This document shows positions 16,301 to 31,400 of a DNA stretch of 64,000 nt, one piece after another (the stretch's first letter is position 1; every line of letters starts with the position of its first letter). The DNA comes from Eledone cirrhosa (lineage: Eukaryota), in contig OZ024744.1 in assembly GCA_964016885.1 (NCBI GenBank), forward strand, positions 47,988,001 through 48,052,000, read 5' to 3'. The position numbers and the translations under genes are program-made. The notes under the pieces are model-generated. The model made no database searches and was not told the DNA's origin. It saw only the letters and a list, made by a program, of their open reading frames with translations.

Positions 16301-19300
16301 CCAACCACATTAGACTATCAAGACCAGAACACCAACCACATCACATTAGACTATCAAGACCAGAACACCAACCACATTAGACTATCAAGACCAGAACACC
16401 AACCACATTAGACTATCAAGACCAGAACACCAACCACATTAGACTATCAAGACCAGAACACCAACCACATCACATTAGACTATCAAGACCAGAACACCAA
16501 CCACATTAGACTATCAAGACCAGAACACCAACCACATTAGACTATCAAGACCAGAACACCAACCACATCACATTAGACTATCAAGACCAGAACACCAACC
16601 ACATTAGACTATCAAGACCAGAACACCAACCACATTAGACTATCAAGACCATAACACCAACCACATCACATCAGACTATCAAGAGCAGAACACCAACCAC
16701 ATTAGACTATCAAGACCAGAACACCAACCACATTAGACAATCAAGAACAGAACTCCAACCACATTACAATATCAAGACCAGAACACCAACCACATCACAT
16801 TAGACTATCAAGACCAGAACACCAACCACATCACATTAGACTATCAAGACCAGAACACCAACCACATTAGACTATCATGACCAGAACACCAACCACATTA
16901 GACTATCAAGATCATAACACCAACCACATCACATCAGACTATCAAGAGCAGAACACCAACCACATTAGACTATCAAGACCAGAACACCAACCACATTAGA
17001 CTATCAAGACCAGAACACCAACCACATTAGACTATCAAGACCAGAACACCAACCACATTAGACTATCAAGACCAGAACACCAACCACATTAGACTATCAA
17101 GACCAGAACACCAACCACATTAGACTATCAAGACCAGAACACCAACCACATTAGACTATCAAGACCAGAACACCAACCACATCACATAAGACTATCAAGA
17201 CCAGAACATAAACCACATCACATTAGACTATCAAGACCAGAACACCAACCACATCACATTAGACTATCAAGACCAGAACACCAACCACATCACATTAGAC
17301 TATCAAGACCTGAACACCAACCACATCACATTAGACTATCAAGACCAGAACACCAACAACATCACATTAGACTATCAAGACCAGAACACCAACCACATTA
17401 GACTATCAAGAACAGAACACCAACAACATTAGACTATCAAGACCATAACACCAACCACATTAGACTATCAAGAACAGAACACCAACCACATTAGACTATC
17501 AAGACCAGAACACCAACAACAATAGACTATCAAGACCAGAACACCAACCACATTAGACTATCAAGAACAGAACACCAACCACATTAGACTATCAAGACAA
17601 GAACACCAACCACATTAGACTATCAAGAACAGAACACCAACCACATTAGACTATCAAGAACAGAACACCAACCACATTAGACTATCAAGACCAGAACACC
17701 AACCACATCACATTAGCCTATCAAGAACAGAACACCAACCACATTAGACTATCAAGACCAGAACACCAACCACATTAGACTATCAAAACCAGAACACCAA
17801 CCACATCACATTAGACTATCAAGACCAGAACACCAACCACATTAGACTATCAAGACCAGAACACCAACCACATCACATTAGAATATCCAGACCAGAACAC
17901 CAACCATATCACATTAGACTATCAAGACCTGAACACCAACAACATCACATTAGACTATCAAGACCAGAACACCAACAACATCACATTAGACTATCAAGAC
18001 CAGAACACCAACCACATTAGACTATCAAGAACATAACACCAACAACATTAGACTATCAAGAACATAACACCAACCACATTAGACTATCAAGAACAGAACA
18101 CCAACCACATTAGACTATCAAGAACAGAATACCAACCACATTAGACTATCAAGACCAGAACACCAACAACATCACATTAGCCTATCAAGAACAGAACACC
18201 AACCACATTAGACTATCAAGACCAGAACACCAACCACATTAGACTATCAAGACCAGAACACCAACCACATCACATTAGACTATCAAGACCAGAACACCAA
18301 CCACATTAGACTATCAAGACCAGAACACCAACCACATCACATTAGAATATCAAGACCAGAACACCAATCACATCACATTAGACTATCAAGACCTGAACAC
18401 CAACCACATCACATTAGACTATCAACACCAGAACACCAACAACATCACATTAGACTATCAAGACCAGAACACCAACCACATTAGACTATCAAGAACATAA
18501 CACCAGCAACATTAGACTATCAAGACCATAACACCAACCACATTAGACTATCAAGAACAGAACACCAACCACATTAGACTATCAAGACCAGAACACCAAC
18601 AACAATAGACTATCAAGACCCGAACACCAACCACATTAGACTATCAAGAACAGAACACCAACCATATTAGACTATCAAGACCAGAACACCAACCACATTA
18701 GACTATCAAGAACAGAACACCAACCACATTAGACTATCAAGAACAGAACACCAACCACATTAGACTATCAAGACCAGAACAACAACCACATTAGACTATC
18801 AAGACCAGAACACCAACCACATCACATTAGACTATCAAGACCAGAACACCAACCACATTAGACTATCAAGACCAGAACACCAACCACATCACATTAGACT
18901 ATCAAGACCAGAACACCAACCACATCACATTAGACTATCAAGACCTGAACACCAACCACATCACATTAGACTATCAAGACCAGAACACCAACAACATCAC
19001 ATTAGACTATCAAGACCAGAACACCAACCACATTAGACTATCAAGAACAGAACACCAACAACATTAGACTATCAAGACCATAACACCAACCACATTAGAC
19101 TATCAAGAACAGAACACCAACCACATTAGACTATCAAGACCAGAACACCAACAACAATAGACTATCAAGACCAGAACACCAACCACATTAGACTATCAAG
19201 AACAGAACACCAACCACATTAGACTATCAAGACCAGACCACCAACCACATTAGACTATCAAGAACAGAATACCAACCACATTAGACTATCAAGAACAGAA

Positions 19301-20079
19301 CACCAACCACATTAGACTATCAAGACCAGAACACCAACCACATCACATTAGCCTATCAAGAACAGAACACCAACCACATTAGACTATCAAGACCAGAACA
19401 CCAACCACATTAGACTATCAAAACCAGAACACCAACCACATCACATTAGACTATCAAGACCAGAACACCACCCACATTAGACTATCAAGACCAGAACACC
19501 AACCACATCACATTAGAATATCAAGACCAGAACACCAACCATCTCACATTAGACTATCAAGACCTGAATACCAACCACATCACATTAGACTATCAAGACC
19601 AGAACACCAACAACATCACATTAGACTATCAAGACCAGAACACAAACCACATTAGACTATCAAGAACATAACACCAACAACATTAGACTATCAAGACCAT
19701 AACACCCACCACATTAGACTATCAAGAACAGAATACCAACCACATTAGACTATCAAGACCAGAACACCAACAACAATAGACTATCAAGACCAGAACACCA
19801 ACCACATTAGACTATCAAGAACAGAACACCAACCACATTAGACTATCAAGACCAGAACACCAACCACATTAGACTATCAAGAACAGAACACCAACCACAC
19901 TAGACTATCAAGAACAGAACACCAACCACATTAGTCTATCAAGACCAGAACACCAACCACATCACATTAGCCTATCAAGAACAGAACACCAACCACATTA
20001 GACTATCAAGACCAGAACACCAACCACATTAGACTATCAAGACAAGAACACCAACCACATCACATTAGACTATCAAGAC
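10301..20079 (+). repeat. Large higher-order block, copy B (~9.78 kb)
   Basis: CCTGA at 10331 and 20110, CCAATCACATC at 8589 and 18368, and GACCCGAAC at 8841 and 18620 all give offset 9779. Confidence 0.85.
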
Positions 20080-23000
20080 CAGAACACCAACCACATCAGA
20101 TTAGACTATCCTGACCAGAACACCAACCACATTAGACTATCAAGAACAGAACTCCAACCACATTACACTATCAAGACCAGAACTCCAACCACATCACATT
20201 AGACTATCAAGACCAGAACACCAACCACATCACATTAGACTATCAAGACCAGAACACCAACCACATTAGACTATCATGACCAGAACACCAACCACATTAG
20301 ACTATCAATACCATAACACCAACCACATCACATCAGACTATCAAGAGCAGAACACCAACCACATTAGACTATCAAGACCAGAACACCAACCACATTAGAC
20401 TATCAAGACCATAACACCAACCACATTAGACTATCAAGACCAGAACACCAACCACATTAGACTATCAAGACCAGAACACCAACCACATTAGACTATCAAG
20501 ACCAGAACACCAACCACATTAGACTATCAAGACCAGAACACCAACCACATTAGACTATCAAGACCAGAACACCAACCACATTAGACTATCAAGACCAGAA
20601 CACCAACCACATTAGACTATCAAGACCAGAACACCAACCACATTAGACTATCAAGACCAGAACACCAACCACATTAGACTATCAAGACCAGAACACCAAC
20701 CACATCACATAAGACTATCAAGACCAGAACATAAACCACATCACATTAGACTATCAAGACCAGAACACCAACCACATCACATTAGACTATCAAGACCAGA
20801 ACACCAACCACATCACATTAGACTATCAAGACCTGAACACCAACCACATCACATTAGACTATCAAGACCAGAACACCAACAACATCACATTAGACTATCA
20901 ATACCAGAACACCAACCACATTAGACTATCAAGAACAGAACACCAACAACATTAGACTATCAAGACCATAACACCAACCACATTAGACTATCAAGAACAG
21001 AACACCAACCACATTAGACTATCAAGACCAGAACACCAACAACAATAGACTATCAAGACCAGAACACCAACCACATTAGACTATCAAGAACAGAACACCA
21101 ACCACATTAGACTATCAAGACAAGAACACCAACCACATTAGAGTATTAAGAACAGAACACCAACCACATTAGACTATCAAGAACAGAACACCAACCACAT
21201 TAGACTATCAAGACCAGAACACCAACCACATCACATTAGCCTATCAAGAACAGAACACCAACCACATTAGACTATCAAGACCAGAACTCCAACCACATTA
21301 GACTATCAAAACCAGAACACCAACCACATCACATTAGACTATCAAGACCAGAACACCAACCACATTAGACTATCAAGACCAGAACACCAACCACATCACA
21401 TTAGAATATCCAGACCAGAACACCAACCATATCACATTAGACTATCAAGATCTGAACACCAACCACATCACATTAGAATATCAAGACCAGAACACCAACA
21501 ACATCACATTAGACTATCAAGACCAGAACACCAACCACATTAGACTATCAAGAACATAACACCAACAACATTAGACTATCAAGACCAGAACACCAACAAC
21601 ATTAGACTATCAAGACCAGAACACCAACCACATTAGACTATCAAGAACAGAAGACCAACCACATTAGACTATCAAGAACAGAACACCAACCACATTAGAC
21701 TATCAAGACCAGAACACCAACAACATCACATTAGCCTATCAAGAACACCAACCACATTAGACTATCAAGACCAGAACACCAACCACATTAGACTATCAAG
21801 ACCAGAACACCAACCACATCACATTAGACTATCAATACCAGAACACCAACCACATTAGACTATCAAGACCAGAACACCAACCACATCACATTAGAATATC
21901 AAGACCAGAACACCAACCACATCACATTAGACTATCAAGACCTGAACACCAACCACATCACATTAGACTATCAACACCAGAACACCAACAACATCACATT
22001 AGACTATCAAGACCAGAACACCAACCACATTAGACTATCAAGAACATAACACCAGCAACATTAGACTATCAAGACCATAACACCAACCACATTAGACTAT
22101 CAAGAACAGAACACCAACCACATTAGACTATCAAGACCAGAACACCAACAACAATAGACTATCAAGACCAGAACACCAACCACATTAGACTATCAAGAAC
22201 AGAACACCAACCACATTAGACTATCAAGACCAGAACACCAACCACATTAGACTATCAAGAACAGAACACCAACCACATTAGACTATCAAGAACAGAACAC
22301 CAACCACATTAGACTATCAAGACCAGAACAACAACCACATTAGACTATCAAGACCAGAACACCAACCACATCACATTAGACTATCAAGACCAGAACACCA
22401 ACCACATTAGACTATCAAGACCAGAACACCAACCACATCACATTAGACTATCAAGACCAGAACACCAACCACATCACATTAGACTATCAAGACCTGAACA
22501 CCAACCACATCACATTAGACTATCAAGACCATAACACCAACCACATTAGACTATCAAGAACAGAACACCAATCATATTAGACTATCAAGACCAGAACACC
22601 AAAAACAATAGACTATCAAGACCAGAACACCAACCACATTAGACTATCAAGAACAGAACACCAACCACATTAGACTATCAAGACCAGAACACCAACCACA
22701 TTAGACTATCAAGAACAGAACACCAACCACATTAGACTATCAAGAACAGAACACCAACCACATTAGACTATCAAGCCCAGAACACCAACCACATCACATT
22801 AGCCTATCAAGAACAGAACACCAACCACATTAGACTATCAAGACCAGAACACCAACCACATTAGACTATCAAAACCAGAACACCAACCACATCACATTAG
22901 ACTCTCAAGACCAGAACACCAACCACATTAGACTATCAAGACCAGAACACCAACCACATCACATTAGAATATCCAGACCAGAACACCAACCATATCACAT

Positions 23001-26000
23001 TAGACTATCAAGACCTGAACACCAACCACATCACATTAGACTATCAAGACCAGAACACCAACAACATCACATTAGACTATCAAGACCAGAACACCAACCA
23101 CATTAGACTATCAAGAACATAACACCAACAACATTAGACTATCAAGAACATAACACCAACCACATTAGACTATCAAGAACAGAACACCAACCACATTAGA
23201 CTATCAAGAACAGAACACCAACCACATTAGACTATCAAGACCAGAACACCAACAACATCACATTAGCCTATCAAGAACAGAACACCAACCACATTAGACT
23301 ATCAAGACCAGAACACCAACCACATTAGACTATCAAGACCAGAACACCAACCACATCACATTAGACTATCAAGACCAGAACACCAACCACATTAGACTAT
23401 CAAGACCAGAACACCAACCACATCACATTAGAATATCAAGACCAGAACACCAACCACATCACATTAGACTATCAAGACCTGAACACCAACCACATCACAT
23501 TAGACTATCAACACCAGAACACCAACAACATCACATTAGACTATCAAGACCAGAACACCAACCACATTAGACTATCAAGAGCATAACACCAGCAACATTA
23601 GACTATCAAGACCATAACACCAACCACATTAGACTATCAAGAACAGAACACCAACCACATTAGACTATCAAGACCAGAACACCAACAACAATAGACTATC
23701 AAGACCAGAACACCAACCACATTAGACTAACAAGAACAGAACACCAACCACATTAGACTATCAAGACCAGAACACCAACCACATTAGACTATCAAGAACA
23801 GAACACCAACCACATTAGACTATCAAGAACAGAACACCAACCACATTAGACTATCAAGACCAGAACAACAACCACATTAGACTATCAAGACCAGAACACC
23901 CACCACATCACATTAGACTATCAAGACCAGAACACCAACCACATTAGACTATCAAGACCAGAACACCAACCACATCACATTAGACTATCAAGACCAGAAC
24001 ACCAACCACATCACATTAGACTATCAAGACCTGAACACCAACCACATCACATTAGACTATCAAGACCAGAACACCAACAACATCACATTAGACTATCAAG
24101 ACCAGAACACCAACCACATTAGACTATCAAGAACAGAACACCAACAACATTAGACTATCAAGACCATACCACCAACCACATTAGACTATCAAGAACAGAA
24201 CACCAACCACATTAGACTATCAAGACCAGAACACCAACAACAATAGACTATCAAGACCAGAACACCAACCACATTAGACTATCAAGAACAGAACACCAAC
24301 CACATTAGACTATCAAGACAAGAACACCAACCACATTAGACTATCAAGAACAGAACACCAACCACATTAGACTATCAAGAACAGAACACCAACCACATTA
24401 GACTATCAAGACCAGAACACCAACCACATCACATTAGCCTATCAAGAACAGAACACCAACCACATTAGACTATCAAGACCAGAACACCAACCACATTAGA
24501 CTATCAAAACCAGAACACCAACCACATCACATTAGACTATCAAGACCAGAACACCAACCACATTAGACTATCAAGACCAGAACACCAACCACATCACATT
24601 AGAATATCCAGACCAGAACACCAACCATATCACATTAGACTATCAAGACCTGAACACCAACCACATCACATTAGACTATCAAGACCAGAACACCAACAAC
24701 ATCACATTAGAATATCAAGACCAGAACACCAACCACATTAGACTATCAAGAACATAACACCAACAACATTAGACTATCAAGAACATAACACCAACCACAT
24801 TAGACTATCAAGAACAGAACACCAACCACATTAGACTATCAAGAACAGAACACCAACCACATTAGACTATCAAGACCAGAACACCAACAACATCACATTA
24901 GACTATCAAGAACAGAACACCAACCACATTAGACTATCAAGACCAGAACACCAACCACATTAGACTATCAAGACCAGAACACCAACCACATCACATTAGA
25001 CTATCAAGACCAGAACACCAACCACATTAGACTATCAAGACCAGAACACCAACCACATCACATTAGAATATCAAGACCAGAACACCAACCACATCACATT
25101 AGACTATCAAGACCTGAACACCAACCACATCACATTAGACTATCAACACCAGAACACCAACAACATCACATTAGACTATCAAGACCAGAACACCAACCAC
25201 ATTAGACTATCAAGAACATAACACCAGCAACATTAGACTATCAAGACCATAACACCAACCACATTAGACTATCAAGAACAGAACACCAACCACATTAGAC
25301 TATCAAGACCAGAACACCAACAACAATAGACTATCAAGACCAGAACACCAACCACATTAGACTATCAAGAACAGAACACCAACCATATTAGACTATCAAG
25401 ACCAGAACACCAACCACATTAGACTATCAAGAACAGAACACCAACCACATTAGACTATCAAGAACAGAACACCAACCACATTAGACTATCAAGACCAGAA
25501 CAACAACCACATTAGACTATCAAGACCAGAACACCAACCACATCACATTAGACTATCAAGACCAGAACACCAACCACATTAGACTATCAAGACCAGAACA
25601 CCAACCACATCACATTAGACTATCAAGACCAGAACACCAACCACATCACATTAGACTATCAAGACCTGAACACCAACCACATCACATTAGACTATCAAGA
25701 CCAGAACACCAACAACATCACATTAGACTATCAAGACCAGAACACCAACCACATTAGACTATCAAGAACAGAACACCAACAACATTAGACTATCAAGACC
25801 ATAACACCAACCACATTAGACTATCAAGAACAGAACACCAACCACATTAGACTATCAAGACCAGAACACCAACAACAATAGACTATCAAGACCAGAACAC
25901 CAACCACATTAGACTATCAAGAACAGAACACCAACCACATTAGACTATCAAGACCAGACCACCAACCACATTAGACTATCAAGAACAGAATACCAACCAC

Positions 26001-28435
26001 ATTAGACTATCAAGAACAGAACACCAACCACATTAGACTATCAAGACCAGAACACCAACCACATCACATTAGCCTATCAAGAACAGAACACCAACCACAT
26101 TAGACTATCAAGACCAGAACACCAACCACATTAGACTATCAAAACCAGAACACCAACCACATCACATTAGACTATCAAGACCAGAACACCAACCACATTA
26201 GACTATCAAGACCAGAACACCAACCACATCACATTAGAATATCCAGACCAGAACACCAACCATATCACATTAGACTATCAAGACCTGAACACCAACCACA
26301 TCACATTAGACTATCAAGACCAGAACACCAACAACATCACATTAGAATATCAAGACCAGAACACCAACCACATTAGACTATCAAGAACATAACACCAACA
26401 ACATTAGACTATCAAGAACATAACACCAACCACATTAGACTATCAAGAACAGAACACCAACCACATTAGACTATCAAGAACAGAACACCAACCACATTAG
26501 ACTATCAAGACCAGAACACCAACAACATCACATTAGACTATCAAGAACAGAACACCAACCACATTAGACTATCAAGACCAGAACACCAACCACATTAGAC
26601 TATCAAGACCAGAACACCAACCACATCACATTAGACTATCAAGACCAGAACACCAACCACATTAGACTATCAAGACCAGAACACCAACCACATCACATTA
26701 GAATATCAAGACCAGAACACCAACCACATCACATTAGACTATCAAGACCTGAACACCAACCACATCACATTAGACTATCAACACCAGAACACCAACAACA
26801 TCACATTAGACTATCAAGACCAGAACACCAACCACATTAGACTATCAAGAACATAACACCAGCAACATTAGACTATCAAGACCATAACACCAACCACATT
26901 AGACTATCAAGAACAGAACACCAACCACATTAGACTATCAAGACCAGAACACCAACAACAATAGACTATCAAGACCAGAACACCAACCACATTAGACTAT
27001 CAAGAACAGAACACCAACCATATTAGACTATCAAGACCAGAACACCAACCACATTAGACTATCAAGAACAGAACACCAACCACATTAGACTATCAAGAAC
27101 AGAACACCAACCACATTAGACTATCAAGACCAGAACAACAACCACATTAGACTATCAAGACCAGAACACCAACCACATCACATTAGACTATCAAGACCAG
27201 AACACCAACCACATTAGACTATCAAGACCAGAACACCAACCACATCACATTAGACTATCAAGACCAGAACACCAACCACATCACATTAGACTATCAAGAC
27301 CTGAACACCAACCACATCACATTAGACTATCAAGACCAGAACACCAACAACATCACATTAGACTATCAAGACCAGAACACCAACCACATTAGACTATCAA
27401 GAACAGAACACCAACAACATTAGACTATCAAGACCATAACACCAACCACATTAGACTATCAAGAACAGAACACCAACCACATTAGACTATCAAGACCAGA
27501 ACACCAACAACAATAGACTATCAAGACCAGAACACCAACCACATTAGACTATCAAGAACAGAACACCAACCACATTAGACTATCAAGACCAGACCACCAA
27601 CCACATTAGACTATCAAGAACAGAATACCAACCACATTAGACTATCAAGAACAGAACACCAACCACATTAGACTATCAAGACCAGAACACCAACCACATC
27701 ACATTAGCCTATCAAGAACAGAACACCAACCACATTAGACTATCAAGACCAGAACACCAACCACATTAGACTATCAAAACCAGAACACCAACCACATCAC
27801 ATTAGACTATCAAGACCAGAACACCACCCACATTAGACTATCAAGACCAGAACACCAACCACATCACATTAGAATATCAAGACCAGAACACCAACCATAT
27901 CACATTAGACTATCAAGACCTGAACACCAACCACATCACATTAGACTATCAAGACCAGAACACCAACAACATCACATTAGACTATCAAGACCAGAACACA
28001 AACCACATTAGACTATCAAGAACATAACACCAACAACATTAGACTATCAAGACCATAACACCCACCACATTAGACTATCAAGAACAGAATACCAACCACA
28101 TTAGACTATCAAGACCAGAACACCAACAACAATAGACTATCAAGACCAGAACACCAACCACATTAGACTATCAAGAACAGAACACCAACCACATTAGACT
28201 ATCAAGACCAGAACACCAACCACATTAGACTATCAAGAACAGAACACCAACCACACTAGACTATCAAGAACAGAACACCAACCACATTAGTCTATCAAGA
28301 CCAGAACACCAACCACATCACATTAGCCTATCAAGAACAGAACACCAACCACATTAGACTATCAAGACCAGAACACCAACCACATTAGACTATCAAGACA
28401 AGAACACCAACCACATCACATTAGACTATCAAGAC
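20080..28435 (+). repeat. Large higher-order block, copy C (~8.36 kb), containing consecutive 1635-bp HOR units
   Basis: CCTGA at 20110 and 28466. AATCATATTAG (2096/22572), the 26-bp monomer (1255/21731) and AAGAGCATAA (3101/23577) all give offset 20476 to copy A. Confidence 0.8.
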
Positions 28436-31400
28436 CAGAACACCAACCACATCAGATTAGACTATCCTGACCAGAACACCAACCACATTAGACTATCAAG
28501 AACAGAACTCCAACCACATTACACTATCAAGACCAGAACACCAACCACATCACATTAGACTATCAAGACCAGAACACCAACCACATCACATTAGACTATC
28601 AAGACCAGAACACCAACCACGTTAGACTATCATGACCAGAACACCAACCACATTAGACTATCAAGACCATAACACCAACCACATCACATCAGACTATCAA
28701 GAGCAGAACACCAACCACATTAGACTATCAAGACCAGAACACCAACCACATTAGACTATCAAGACCAGAACACCAACCACATTAGACTATCAAGACCAGA
28801 ACACCAACCACATTAGACTATCAAGACCAGAACACCAACCACATTAGACTATCAAGACCAGAACACCAACCACATTAGACTATCAAGACCAGCACACCAA
28901 CCACATTAGACTATCAAGACCAGAACACCAACCACATTAAACTATCAAGACCAGAACACCAACCACATCACATAAGACTATCAAGACCAGAACATAAACC
29001 ACATCACATTAGACTATCAAGACCAGAACACCAACCACATCACATTAGACTATCAAGACCAGAACACCAACCACATCACATTAGACTATCAAGACCTGAA
29101 CACCAACCACATCACATTAGAATATCCAGACCAGAACACCAACCATATCACATTAGACTATCAAGATCTGAACACCAACCACATCACATTAGAATATCAA
29201 GACCAGAACACCAACAACATCACATTAGACTATCAAAACCAGAACACCAACCACATTAGACTATCAAGAACATAACACCAACAACATTAGACTATCAAGA
29301 CCAGAACACCAACAACATTAGACTATCAAGACCAGAACACCAACCACATTAGACTATCAAGAACAGAACACCAACCACATTAGACTATCAAGAACAGAAC
29401 ACCAACCACATTAGACTATAAAGACCAGAACACCAACAACATCACATTAGCCTATCAAGAACAGAACACCAACCTCATTAGACTATCAAGACCAGAACAC
29501 CAACCACATTAGACTATCAAGACCAGAACACCAACCACATCACATTAGACTATCAATACCAGAACACCAACAACATTAGACTATCAAGACCAGAACACCA
29601 ACCACATCACATTAGAATATCAAGACCAGAACACCAACCACATCACATTAGACCATCAAGACCAGAACACCAACCACATCACATAAGACTATCAAGACCA
29701 GAACACCAACCGCATCACATTAGACTATCAAGACCAGAACACCAACCACATTAGACTATCAAGACCAGAACTCCAACCACATTAGACTATCAAGACCAGA
29801 ACACCAACCACATTAGACTATCAAGACCAGAACACCAACCACATCACATAAGACTATCAAGACCAGAACATAAACCACATCACATTAGACTATCAAGAGC
29901 AGAACACCAACCACATCACATTAGACTATCAAGACCAGAACACCAACCACATCACATTAGACTATCAAGACCAGAACACTAACCCCATTAGACTATCAAG
30001 ACCAGAACACCAACCACATTAGACTATCAAGACCAGAACACCAACCACATTAGACTATCAAGACCAGAACACCAACCACATCACATTAGACTATCAAGAC
30101 CAGAACACCAACCACATTAGACTATCAAGACCAGAACACCAACAATATCATTTTAGACTATCAAGACCAGAACACCAACCACATTAGACTATCAAGACCA
30201 GAACACCAACAACATTAGACTATCAAGACCAGAACACCAACCACATCACATTAGACTATCAAGACCAGAACACCAACCACGTTAGACTATCAAGACCAGA
30301 ACACCAACCACATCACATTAGCCTATCAAGAACAGAACACCAACCACATTAGACTATCAAGACCAGAACACCAACCACATTAGACTATCAAAACCAGAAC
30401 ACCAACCACATCACATTAGACTATCAAGACCAGAACACCAACCACATTAGACTATCAAGACCAGAACACCAACCACATCACATTAGAATATCCAGACCAG
30501 AACACCAACCATATCACATTATACTATCAAGACCTGAACACCAACCACATCACATTAGACTATCAAGACCTGAACACCAACCACATCACATTAGACTATC
30601 AAGACCAGAACACCAACCACATCACATTAGACTATCAAGACCTGAACACCAACCACATCACATTAGACTATCAAGACCAGAACACCAACAACATCACATT
30701 AGACTATCAAGACCAGAACACCAACCACATTAGACTATCAAGAACAGAACACCAACAACATTAGACTATCAAGACCATACCACCAACCACATTAGACTAT
30801 CAAGAACAGAACACCAACCACATTAGACTATCAAGACCAGAACACCAACAACAATAGACTATCAAGACCAGAACACCAACCACATTAGACTATCAAGAAC
30901 AGAACACCAACCACATTAGACTATCAAGACAAGAACACCAACCACATTAGACTATCAAGAACAGAACACCAACCACATTAGACTATCAAGAACAGAACAC
31001 CAACCACATTAGACTATCAAGACCAGAACACCAACCACATCACATTAGCCTATCAAGAACAGAACACCAACCACATTAGACTATCAAGACCAGAACACCA
31101 ACCACATTAGACTATCAAAACCAGAACACCAACCACATCACATTAGACTATCAAGACCAGAACACCAACCACATTAGACTATCAAGACCAGAACACCAAC
31201 CACATCACATTAGAATATCCAGACCAGAACACCAACCATATCACATTAGACTATCAAGACCTGAACACCAACCACATCACATTAGACTATCAAGACCAGA
31301 ACACCAACAACATCACATTAGAATATCAAGACCAGAACACCAACCACATTAGACTATCAAGAACATAACACCAACAACATTAGACTATCAAGAACATAAC

